From positions 434,001-498,000 of the forward strand of contig NC_081331.1 in assembly GCF_022539665.2 (NCBI RefSeq): DNA of 64,000 bases, written 5' to 3'. Positions within the stretch are counted from its first letter, which is position 1, and each line of letters opens with the position of its first letter. The notes under the pieces are model-generated. The model worked only from the letters and a program-made list of their open reading frames with translations, was not told the origin of the DNA and searched no databases. Position numbers and translations under genes: made by a program. Shown here in pieces: positions 26,760-50,323 of the stretch. The DNA is from Daphnia carinata (taxonomy: Eukaryota).

Positions 26760-29569
26760 GCTATGGTCCTCCAAAGATTTGGAAACACGTACCCAAACCC
26801 AAGGGGAAAAAAAATGGGTTCTTCGTCGAGGATTTTTGATTGTTTACGATTCACAGTTCGTCTGCTGCTGCCGACCGCCTGGGTCGTTTGGCCATTGACG
26901 ATCCTTTTACGAAAACGATCTTTTTTGCACTATTTTTACATTATCTCGCAACGTAGTGCCATTTCTTCATTGTCAACTGGTAATGGCGCAGCTGCCATTT
27001 GACTACCGCTAACCAGGCTCGTGGGCTCATCGGATTGAAATCGCTTTTTCATCCACGACATCGTTTTCGACTCTGAGCAAATTGATCCGAAGACTTGGCA
27101 TTGATCAGTCACACCGTCGAATGGTAACTAAAACTTTCGCATTACGTTTGTACTGAATCTGAATGAAATGGTAAAATCAATACTCTATTGGCATAATGAA
27201 AGCAATAGCTGTAGAATGGAATCAGAATGTATTGCCTATGGGAATCAGTTCATTTGCTGGTTTGATTCTGCATTCGCAAACACACAAGGCCCATTAGTAT
27301 TTACTCGAAAGATGTGTGAAGAAGATTTTCTGTAGCCATTTGTAACTTTGTAGCTTTTGATCATGATTCACTAGGAATTTTTGATAATGGCTGTCAGGTG
27401 TTGATCTGTGCAGCTTTTAGTCCTTGTAATTGCACCACAGACGAGTGCAATTCTCCCCTTAGATTGAAAGACATGAGGCAGTGAAAACAAGCCCCCTAGA
27501 GGAGCTAGTGTGTTTGGTCTGTTGTCCAGTCCATTAATCTGCTGTAATGACACAATCAGACAGAGAAGACAGGCCAGCCAACCTACAAGAGCTTTGGCCA
27601 GCTAACTGAGTGGATGAAGCAAAACATCCACACACACAAAAAAAAACAGATTATACTCATCATGACAATAAAGTTGGGGAGGAAGGCAAGAAACAGAAAG
27701 GAAGACGACAGGCACAAGATTTATTTGTCAGTATCTTACCGTATACGGACCACAGGCCGCCTTTTCTTGTTCGTGGCGAGTGTCATCGATCCATGTTTCG
27801 TCGTTTCGATTCTTTCATTTTTTTTTTTTTCCCTCTCTCAGTTGTCATTATTCATCGGAGATGAGGTTGAAGAAAAACTGCTGTATAGGCCAAAGAATCG
27901 ATTCACGAGATATATATATATCTGTTTTTTATCCCCTCCTTTTTTTTTTCTAGTGAGATGTCCATTAGTCGGCAAGATGAGTGACGGATGGCTCCGGGCC
28001 CGTTGGCTTGGCCAAAAAGGGTCTCTCTTCCTCTTAATCCAGCCTATATACAGCGGAAAGTTTTTCCGATTATTTTAAATAGCCAAGATAAAAAAAACAT
28101 TCTTGAGAGTGTGATTAAGTCAAAGAAAATTGTGTGTTGGCGATGCGGGTGTTCGATGGAAGGAAGACGATTGCCGGGGCAAAAACATCAGTACATTAGA
28201 GTCACAAGTTTTGAGCTCAATGGCTGAGCAACAGCCGCAGTTTTTGTGTGCTCCTCTTTTCGTTTTTCACTTTTTTAAAAATAGCCGAGTGAACAAGACG
28301 TTCGTTTTTAGAAAATTCTTGGCTTCCCTTTGCGTCTCTCTGCACAGCCCGCCCCCTCTCACGTCACAACACATACATATGCAAGAAGACCCTTATTAGT
28401 TAGTTTCGATGGCGAGATTTTTGTGCGCGACACAAGGATCGAGTCCTTTGATGGAGAATCTTTTTTTTTTTCTTTCCTTTTTTTACTTTTCTTTTTCCCT
28501 CCTCGATGGTGGCAAATATGGGAAGTTTTTTTTTCCTTCTTTCTTCAAATTCCTGCGCTCCGGAAGTAGCTTTAATTCCTTTTCCGGTCTGTCACCTTAA
28601 CGTTTGAACGTACGACAATGTATCAAAGATCAATAGCAAAATACGAGCAAAGTCTGCGTAAGTTTTTATAGCCAAACACGACGGACTATTTCCATATGCC
28701 GAATGTAAAAAAGCCCATCTGTCAAAGTGGGCTTCTTCAAAATTATTCACGACCGGTTCAGATTTTTGTATTCAATCCATACTCTCCGCATATCCGCCAT
28801 TCCTGGATATATAAACGTCCCAGATCTTCTTTTTTTTTTTTTTTTTTCCCGAGATTATCATCCAATAAAAACATATAGTGTGTGAGGGTATTGCGTCAAT
28901 CGCCGTCCTACTTGTGTGTGTGTCGCCGGGACGACAACAACGATCGTTGAGCTGGGTCTGGCCAATCTCATTTTTCATTGCGCTGGCGCGAAGGAGCAAC
29001 CATGTTTTGTTTTTGTTTTTGCGTTCTTCTTATTTTTTTTTTTTCTTTTTTCTTGAGTCGTAACGTGATCCAGTCGGTTCACTGGACCGGCGTCTTGCAT
29101 CCTTTTTCTCTTTCTGCTTGGCTTCCTCCACTTCTTCTTCCTCCTTTCATCTTTTACTTCCTACCATTCGCTTGATATTTTCAGAATTTTCTTTTTCACT
29201 TTTGAAAAAGAAGGGGTGGAGTGGCTCCATCATCCGCTTTTGCCCGTAATCCGTTCCCAACGGGACGTTAGTTTCGTATCCCTCCTCCCTCTGGTCACCC
29301 CTCCTGCGAACTCGGGTCCCGGCTCCCGAAATAGAATTTCCGTCAGCCGTACAGTTGAGTCGCTGCACATGATTTTCGAGTTTTCGTTCTTCTTCGTCTG
29401 TGCTTCACTCTAAAGCCTTGGCCCCCATAGTCCGGTAGCAGTAAGTTTCAGCAGTTCTCCAACCCCCATATTCTTCTTACTACCATTCGCATTCCGGATG
29501 AGTTGTCCGATGGATCACTTTCTCCAATAAGCTCACATTTTCTTGTGTGTGTCCAGTGAACAAAAAATC

Positions 29570-29600
29570 TGTGTGTGCGTGCGTGTGTGTGTGTGTGTGT
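29570..29600 (+). repeat. Imperfect (GT)n microsatellite
   Basis: tgtgtgtgcgtgcgtgtgtgtgtgtgtgtgt read directly. Confidence 0.8.
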
Positions 29601-30212
29601 ATGAATCGTAAGATCGAATTGTTTTTCATTATTGACTCGTTTATTTCGATTTCCCCGATGTTGGCCAATTGACTAACAGCAAACTCGAAAAGTGATGGAG
29701 AAGCGCGTCAAGTAGCGCCATGTGTTGCCGGCTGGCCGGCAGGACAGATGCCCACGCACAACCTAAATGATACACACCACACATTTAGAAAAGGGCTGTT
29801 AGAAAATAAAATAAAAAGTAAGGAACGAGATCATCCAAGGCCAGCAAGGCAAGAAAAACTGGAATATTAAAAACAAAAACAAAAAAAAACAGGCAGATTG
29901 TGTTGTTTGAACGGAGTCATTGGCCGGACCCTTAATGTCTCTTTATCCATGAATCGAAAAGCTTAAAAAGGGAAAAAAAAAGCAAGAAAGTTTTTAATTC
30001 AAACAAGTTTATTGATGGACAACAGACGACTGTGCAGTGCCTGGTGAACGCCGATGGCTGGCCAAGTGGTCCGGCTGTAATGCCAACGCCCCTGGCGCCG
30101 TATTCCAGTTTTGTCGTCATCATCGACACGCTAGTGGTGGTGGTCGCCGCCGCTCGCCCGCCCAGCCGGTTTGAATGACTGAAACAATAACTGAACCAGT
30201 TGCACTTTCAAG

Positions 30213-41152
<10,940 letters not shown>

Positions 41153-42614
41153 AACAGTAGCAGATTTTTTTTAACTCATTCGCGTCGATATTATATCCTT
41201 GTTTTTTGGCTGCTTTCTTTTGTTTTGTTGTTATATCCCTTTTTGTGCTTTCTTAATCCTTTATTGCTTCCGCATTTAATTAATAACCCGAGTTGATGGT
41301 TGCAATAGTATGAAGAAAAACATGTCGCACATTGTTCTTGCTCCACCTGCAATAATGGTTGATGCCTTTCGACTTTAATTGCTGCCTAAAAAATCATGCG
41401 TAGATCTGTTTTTGTTTTTTTTGAAACCCCCTTGCCATCCCATGTCATTGAGCATAACTGAGATTGCGTGTAATACTTTATATTATTAGTGTTGAGGCAT
41501 ACGAATGTGTTTCATGATGGCTCCCTTTTTTTTTTCTTGGTTATTGGCATCAATGTCGATAGCACGTGAAACCCGTCCGTATAAATTGTTTTCATCTCTT
41601 GTGTACCAAAATGTTGGATGTATGTGTGTGTGGCCGTGAAAACAAAACATGGCATGCAAAATACTACTCAAAAAGGAATGCAAACGAATGGATATCGTAT
41701 TGCTTACGGCCTATCAGGCTTACGTACGTCGGAATCAAAGCCAGTCCCTTCTTGTAAAGATCACGAAAAATGTTGGGCCAATCGTGGAGGTAGAGAGATT
41801 AAAAATCACACGCAATTGCTACGGTAGTTCGATAAACGTGTTCGGGGTTGATCACGATGCGTGCCGAGTTGCAGCGTTTTTTTTATTTGCTTGTCTCTCT
41901 TTGTGTGTGCGAGGGGCTGAGTGCGTGGAACTGCTGTATTTACCTTGGCTGCGTATAGATTTCTAAGGCTTACGAAGAGTATGCGATAACGTTCAGTATA
42001 CAAAACAATGAACATGCGAGAGGATACAAGTCGATATGGGCTTCTCCAACGTTACTTCCAAGTCCCCCAATTCTCTTGTTTTCCTTTCTCTCGGTTTACA
42101 CGACGCACTTTATATGCATGACGTCGTATAAGCCCAAAGAGTTAGCGGCCAGTCAAAAGCTCGTGTCACGCTACATTATCGACTCGATTCTTCTCGTTGT
42201 GTGCAACCGTGAAAATGAAAAGAGTCGGGTGAGAAAGTTTGCGTTTAAACGGCAGCCCCTACGTACGTCGCAACACGAACTAGCATACGCAGCCTGATCG
42301 AAATGCTTTGGCTACATTAAAACCAGTGGCAAGAAGTTTGCTATGTATACTACCGGTTTTTATACATCATTTCTTTTACGTTCCGTTGCTACGTCGTACC
42401 AATAAACATGTTACGTAGCCGATTGAACGGCCATCTCACGCAATAAGTCCACCCCACTCATCATCTACGTTCTTCTTCAGTTATGAAAAGCCTCTTGAAT
42501 TTTGTTCATAAAGGCTAGAAAAAAATCGTGATGCCGTCGTGAATGTACGGTGTAAACGAAAGGCAAATCCAGAGGAAAAGCGCACGGAGCTTCAACGACG
42601 AGGCGTGTTGTGAG

Positions 42615-42628
42615 GTTGTCTTGGCAAC
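42615..42628. promoter_or_regulatory. RFX X-box upstream of iav
   Basis: GTTGTC-TT-GGCAAC fits GYTRYY-N1-3-RRHRAC, about 160-175 nt upstream of the iav ATG. Confidence 0.7.
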
Positions 42629-42789
42629 GAACGACAGGGCTTGTCTGACACTGTCCAACTGCGAACAGTGCTGCTGCAGTATCTCACGAAACTGACTGCT
42701 GGAACAAGGTGGTGCATAAAACATGCCTTGACGTCATTTCGTTTTATGTCGACAACGTTTCGCTATCTTTTAATCGCACAACTTTGGAG

Positions 42790-45700
42790 ATGGGCAACTG
42801 CAAAGGCAAAGGCAGTGATTCGTTTAACAAGCAAAATAGCTCGGCCTTCGATCGTGTTACGTCCCGCACTTCCACCGATGATGATTGCCTTCTCTACCAG
42901 TTGGCCGACTATCAGAAAGGTAAGAAATTGGATTTTGGCTTTTTTTTTTTAAGAATTGAGTTTAGGATTTATCATGTTGAAAGGTGGGGATCTCATCAGG
43001 TACTTTACTAAAGAAGGACCTCGTGCTACTGAAGAACTTCTTAAAGAACAGATTCCAATGCTCCTCTATCGCAAAGGAGAGGGACAAATGGTCAGAAGAT
43101 CGGACTATCTCAAATGGAAGTATCGTAAAAAACGACACGTAAGTTTCATTAATCGATTGCTTGTTATTATCGATGTTAACTCTTTGTGTTTGAAATCAGA
43201 TGGCAGTGGCCGTCAATGAAGATGTCCCCGGCTGGGCGGATCATTTTGCCTGTTGGAATTTTGATTATCGCGGATCGTTAGGTGAATCCCTCTTGCACGT
43301 TCTGATCGTTTGCAACACATCCGTCCACACAAAATTGGCCAAATTGCTCATCGTATTGTTCCCCAATTTGGCGCTGGACGTGGTCGAGGGAAACGAGTTC
43401 AGAGGTTTGACAGACAACGACTTGATGATGTAAAAAAAAAAAAAAATTGGGTCGATATTATCGATTTCACACATTTGGAACGCAGGAGCGAGTGCCCTTC
43501 ACCTGGCCATCGCCTACGACAGTTTAGAAGTCATCAAACTGCTAGTAGAAGCTGGTGCAATAGTCGATCAACGAGCCGTAGGTATAAACTTTTGAAAATC
43601 ATTCTACTTTGATCGCTTGATATTTAATCGTTGAACATTGGAAGGCACGTTCTTCTTGCCTCGCGATCAGCAGAGGGAACGACCTAGCCGAGTCACCGAT
43701 TACGAAGGTTTGGCCTATTTCGGTGAATATCCAATATCGTGGGCTGCTTGTTGTAATAACGAAGCCGCCTACAATCTGCTGATTGATCGTGGGGCCGATC
43801 CGAATAGCCAAGATTCCTTTGGTAACATGGTACTCCACATGGTAGTTGTTTGCAATAAGCTGGTAAATGTGTTAACAATGAAAGATATGTGATGTTTTTA
43901 AAAATGAATTTTAAATACATCAGGAAATGTACGGCTATGCTTTGAGACATCCTCGCATCCAGGCTAAAATGGGCATCATTAACAAAGCAGGACTCACCCC
44001 GTTGACCCTTTCTTGCCACCTGGGTCGTGCCACTATTTTTCGTGAGATGCTTGAACTGACTGCCAAAGAGTTTTGGCGATACTCTAACATTACCTGTTCG
44101 GCTTACCCTTTGAACGCTCTCGATACGATCCTGCCGGATGGACGATGCAGTTCGTTTACATTCAAAAAATGTGATGGTTTTTAGAAATGTATACATCCAT
44201 TATTCAAATTTCAGACATGACGTCCGCTCTGATGATCATCCTTAATGGAACGAAAGAGGAACATTTGGACATGTTGGATGGTGGCATCATTCAACGATTA
44301 CTGGAAGAAAAATGGAAGACATTTGCCCAGAGGCAATTCCTCAAACGACTTGGCATCCTCTTCTTCCATTTGTTTGCACTCAGCGCTGCAGTGTACACGC
44401 GGCCAAGACGAGACAGACCGTTAATTCCGCACGACTATGACGACCTCAATGCCATGGATATCGCTCGTTTCTGTTTCGAGATTGTCACGTGTCTCAGTTG
44501 CATCGGTTACGTCGTCATTCAACAAATTTCTGAACTTAAAAATGTCGGCCTAAGAGGATTTCTTTATCAACTGGTTAGTTATGTTTTCAATTTCATCTTG
44601 TACTCATTTATTCAACCTTGTTTTATGTGCAGTCCAACAATCCTGCAAAGGCCATCTTTTTGGCATCCAATTTTTTAACGTTGTCGTGCATTCCGTGTCG
44701 ACTGCTGGGCAAGCGAGAGCTAGAAGAAGCCATCTTGATCTTTGCCTTGCCTTCCGCCTGGTTCTTTCTCATGTTCTTCGCCGGAGCCATTCGTCTCACT
44801 GGTCCGTTCGTCACCATGATCTACAGCATGATCACCGGTGACATGCTCACCTTTGCCATCATTTACGCCATCATGTTGCTGGCCTTCTCTCAGGCGTTCT
44901 TCTTCCTTCACCGCGGACATCCGGACAAGCCTCCACTGTTCAGCAATTTCTTCTCCACGTGGATGGGCCTCTTCCAGTGGACACTCGGCGACTACAACGT
45001 AAGAATAAAAGCTTAGGATAAAATCAAAGGACTACACTCATCATGAACACATTGATTAGTACAATTCGCTGCAAGACACGGTTTATCCGGCCTTGACCAA
45101 GATCGTTTTCGTCATCTTCATGATCATGGTGCCGATTCTGCTGTTGAACATGTTGATCGCCATGATGGGCAACACTTATGCGCTCGTCATCCAGCAGAGT
45201 GAGAAGGAATGGGTGAAACAGTGGGCCAAAATCGTCATCGCCCTGGAGCGAGCGGTCAATCAAATGCATTGCAAAGAATATTTGCTGACGTACAGCATCA
45301 AAGTATCAGGTGGAAGTGATGGAACAGATGGATCTCCACCTCAAGAAGAAGTGCGAGGCGTCATGGTCATCAAGAGTCAGTTTCCAAATTTTATTTTCAT
45401 ATTCAAATAGATTAACATTTTGAACTCCTTTGTTTTCCAGGTAAAAACAAAACGAGAGCTAGACAGAGGAAAGGTGCACTCAATAACTGGAAGGTATGTC
45501 ATTAAACGATTTTATTTGGATATAGTCTCATGTCGTTGGGAAATTCAGAGAGTTGGCAAACGGACGATCAAAGAACTGAAACGTCGTGGCATCACGGGCG
45601 ATCAATTGCGTCGCCAAATTTGGGAGCCCCGCACACCGTCTACCACATCCATCAATGCCAGGTATTAAGGACAAAATGTCAAGTTCGACTGCACGTCAAG

Positions 45701-47895
45701 AAGTCATTGAATAAGTTTAAAATTTTCCACATATTTCTATGCAGCCCGTGCGTCACTCCTATACCTTGTCCGTCATCGGCTGCCATGCTTTTGATGGATA
45801 GCATGAATGGTGGCTCTGGTGTCGCCATGGGAGGGCCCGGCATTGATTCCTTCGCCTTTGGGGCTGCGTTCAACGACTTGTCCGGTTTCTCTGGAGGTGG
45901 TGGCCATCAGCAGAACAACGCCCCTAATCCCGCACCGGGTAAAATGTGATCTGTGTTTTAATGTGTTACATTTTCATTCATTTGTATGTCATTTTCTACA
46001 CAGTCAATCAGGATATACTCAATGCGGCTCTTTTGAACAAGCTTTCAATGAACTTGCCATTCGAGGACATTTTCGAATCAACTTGTACAGCACCTGTGGC
46101 CGCTGGGCCTCCTGTAGCCGCCGTGACAGCCGTAGCTCCTGTGACACCTACGGCCGTTGCTCCTGTAACACCTACGGCTGTTGTAGTGCCGGATGTGACG
46201 CCGACGGCCGTTGTGGCACCGATGCCCGTTGTCTTGCCAACTGTCGCACCGATGCCTGTTGTGGCACAACCGATGGCCGTTGTAGCACCGGCGGTGGTAC
46301 CCGTAGATACTGTGACGTCAGCAACTGCAATGGCATCACCGATCCCTACCAATCCAGTACCGCCTGCCCCTATAGAAATTTCGAACCCACCTTTGGTTAC
46401 GCCCACTCCACCTACTCCAACAACGACCTCGATATTTCCACCACTCCCACCCTTGCCACTCGATTGCGGTCCGTCTTTTACCGATCAACTGGACAATTCG
46501 TCACAATTGTCCGATATTGAAAATGAACTTATTGCTCAAACTTTGTTGAGTGGCAATGTCAAACATAGAAAAACGGCCAACTCGCATCCCGGGAAGGATT
46601 CTCTTCCGCCTTTGTTTCGGGCCCGTCTTCTCGATACTCCGAATCAATCGATCGAAGGAGAGCTGATCTTTGCTGGATCGACGGAAAGCGCCATTTCTGT
46701 TTGTAGCACTCCGGCTAACACGACGGTGCCCATGATGACACCAGTTCACTTCACCACCGAGTCCAGACGACGTAGTAGTCCGAGTGTAATCCAACGAGCT
46801 GAGAGCATCGATGTAGTTGGAATCCGGCAACAGTTCAATGAACCCAAAAGCCCATCCATCAGCGATAGCATCCATCAGCCAACGATTATTATCAACACTG
46901 AATTAAAACGAGAAAAATTACCTCCACTCGTCGTAGATGATAAATTACTAGCCGCTGTTCATCGCGATCCTTCCGTTTCTAAAAATCAAAACAAACGTTC
47001 GAAACATCGTCATCATCGGCGACATCATCAATTCATTCGAAGCAACGTTGTCGCACCCATGGAATTTTTCCCTGAACCAGAAACACAGCCAACAACAGAA
47101 GTCTGTCAGTTAGAAGACTCCACTTCCGAATCATCCCAGCCGGATCCTGCCCCGGAAGAAGAATCACCAAGGTCTGAACCCGAACAGGTCATCGTTGAAA
47201 CAGTTTCTAATCCTCACGCACGTTCGTTATTGGCACGCTCTATCACAGTTACTCAAGAAGAAAATGAACATCGCAAGAGGATCCAGATGCTGAAGAGTTC
47301 CAGTAGCATTCCAGTGGATCATCGGGTACATTTGACAGACAACGAGTCTCTGGCCAGCAGCTCTAGCGGTGTTGAAGAGAGTCTTTACACGGCGACACGT
47401 GTGAAGAAAGAACGTATGAGTTCGCAGAGTAGCAACACTAGCAGTGGATCGCAAACTGCCGCAAGCCCAGAAGAGCAACCGGCCATTATGGCCTCTGACC
47501 CTGTTGTTGTCTTTCACATCAGCGGTACGGGTGTCACCGATGACTTTACAGCACCTGGTCGACTTCCGAACAGTCCCATGTTGAGCACTAAATTGATGAT
47601 GAGCACCAATAACAAGAGACCCATGACTCGCCATACAGCAAAGATGGCGACCATCACTGCTGCTAGTAAAGTGAAAAGGTTTAATTTAATGACGGCCTCA
47701 AAAGGAAGAAATCGATCACCAATGCGTCGGGAAGCTGTTGAACTTGCACGATCTTCTACTTCATCGCGGATAGACCAGGCCAAAGCGGATCACTTCAGTC
47801 CGTCAGCTTCTCCGGCCGTTCTGAATTTGAATCATTTATTGAGTGGCGATGACATTGAATCTCACATCCCTGATGAAATGATTGGCGATCCTTAA
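42790..47895 (+). CDS. iav: TRPV channel Inactive (~1440 aa): ankyrin repeats, 6 TM segments, long disordered C-tail
   Basis: 13 exons: 42790-42919, 42984-43138, 43200-43404, 43486-43581, 43645-43862, 43924-44149, 44215-44573, 44633-44998, 45060-45375, 45441-45493, 45549-45661, 45745-45938, 46004-47895 (4323 nt, phases consistent). Iav-type motifs [89 protein letters not shown]. Confidence 0.92.
46129..46292 (+). repeat. Coding tandem repeat (AVAPVTPT / VVAPMPV-like units) in the iav C-tail
   Basis: 24-nt units GCCGTAGCTCCTGTGACACCTACG and GCCGTTGCTCCTGTAACACCTACG, followed by degenerate copies. Confidence 0.75.
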
Positions 47896-50323
47896 ACGCA
47901 CAGCATGGATTGAGGTTTCCAGTAGAGTCCTTCATCTTCATTCATTGAATTAATAACATTTGCCCATCATCAGCTTTAATATCTATTCCATTTCATTCTG
48001 TTTTGTCCCCCTGAATTTAAATTTTCGACCTCTGTCTTCTATTTATTTGTATTTAACTAATCGGTCACAGACGAAAGCTCATTATTGAAGATGATGTCTG
48101 ATTAAAAAATCTTGAAAGTAAGTATTTACGGTGGTAGCATCAAATTATCGGAACGTGCTGCCTATTATTCCCACCTCTTTCCCCTTTTGTAACACTCATA
48201 ACTTCTCTTAATCAATCTTGTTGATATGATTATTATATTACGGTTAATTATACTGCAGTATATTCACTTGTTTGTTTTTTTCCCAAATTTACTCGTTCTA
48301 ACGATTCGCTAATTTTCAAAACACTGTCAAGAATACGAACCCATCCATTCTGACAAATGACATTTTAAAACCCCTTTTTAGGGTTCAGAAGGGTGACAAC
48401 CACAGCAGGGGTACAGTGAATTTCAAATGGCTCTATCGAGGTAACACTAAAGGCTGACACTTTTGACGTCTAGGGCTTGCCGAGGGGATATCACATGCGG
48501 AGGTGTCCAGCTGGGCGAAGGGATGGACATTTTCTTTCGCTGGGCAGTTTGCTCATCTTAGTGAAATCTGATGCCGAATCCACAAGCGGTCAGTTAGGCT
48601 CAATGAATAATGTGCAAACACACATCTATGCTATGTCAACAATACGGGTAATGTACACACATAGGGAGGCGAATGAAACTGCATTATCATATCACGGATG
48701 GCAAAGTAAACAAGACATCTATCCATATCTAAATACATTATTAGGATCTAATATCGATCATTTCACGGTAGCCAGCCGTCAATTTCTTGCGCTGGGCAAT
48801 ATCAGTTTACCATCATCGTAGTTTAGTTAAAAGAAGGGCGCACGTTTTTATTGGGGGTTGGCTAATGTCAATACAATTGGGAACGGGGTTTGCTTTTGCT
48901 ATATACATAGGATCCATTCTTCTTTTGTTGACTCATTAGACTATCAATTCCATTAGAAATGACTCTCTGATAATAAACACAGCGCTACGCAATGACCTCG
49001 CAAGTTCACAGCCCTTATTATTTCTCCTCTTTAAATAGCTTTTATGATATGATTGACGCCATTTGTTTCATGTGCCGGAAGAGCCTCTTTGACTCGTCCT
49101 CTATTTCAGTTTTTAATTCTACAGCGTTTCGCGAGAAGGCCTACACATGACGTAATAGTCGATGCTCTTCCGGCTCTCCAAATGCCGGCGGAATCGCAGA
49201 AACACAAAGAGAAGAAAACAGCACAAGAGTGGTACCGCAAAGATGACCTTTGAAACTCCGGCCGACAAACGGGAAAAACAGATTTCGTTTCGGAACGTGG
49301 TCGTCAGCGGCAAAATGCGGAAATACAAGAAGCGCGGCACAACAAAACATTTGCTATGACCTGAGCTTACGCGTCAGACGTACCCTCTCTTGCTTTTCAT
49401 TACAAGAAGCACATTTAGAGTTAATTCAGCGATGTAACCTGAATGTATTACATTGTATTCTGCCACCACCACCTTTGTTATAGTTTATTAGTTCTATTCA
49501 CCTCGACAACTAGAGATATATAGCTATTTGGTACTAAACTGTAAACACTAGCGCAGCAGCCCACTGAAAACAAGACAGGCAAAACAACTGAACTAAAAAA
49601 CAAATGAATAACAAGTAAAAAAAAAGGAAAAGCGGAGGGTTTGTGAAACGGTGATGTTTTCGTCTGTGTGTATACGAGGCACGGCAGCACTAAGTGACAG
49701 TTTGTAGTAGTTATCCCCCTGTCTCGACTCCATTAACCTCTGCTGACTGTTCAGGTCACGAGGCAGCTTCAACCGACTTGTATTTCTTCGTCTATATCTC
49801 TTTTATTTTTTCTTCATCTTTCGTTGTATTACATTTTCTTGTTTGGCCCGTCGACCTACGTCGTTGTCTGACAAGCTCAACACATTTTGTTGTCTTGACA
49901 GCGGCCGTGGTCTATTATTGGTCCAACACTCTATGTACGAGCTTCACAGGGAAGAGTGTTCATTTTAAGGTTTCATAAAACGCTTATCAACACGAAATGA
50001 CCTCTTACCCTATTGCTGCAGCGCACAGCGGTAGATATAGCTACACCTATAGACCTGTAATAGGTAACCCAATGATCTAGGATACGTTGTTAAATCACGG
50101 AAACAGTGTCGTGCAAGACTATCCTTTTCTTAGAGTAGCACTAAATTAATTTCTTTTGTAGATCTAGACCTATACAGAGAATTGTCATGACAAAGAAGAC
50201 ATATTTTAATGACGTATGTATTGCATTTAGGTACTGTACATCATCCTTGACAGAAAGATAAAGGTGAATATTGTTAATGATTAATAGAAGACACATTAAA
50301 TGATGAAAAACAAAATTCGTAGA

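Noticed and set aside
27362..27484. Cys-rich frame ...CNCTTDECN resembling a Ly6/Quiver C-terminal motif
   Set aside because: No compatible open upstream exon, signal peptide or GPI tail found.
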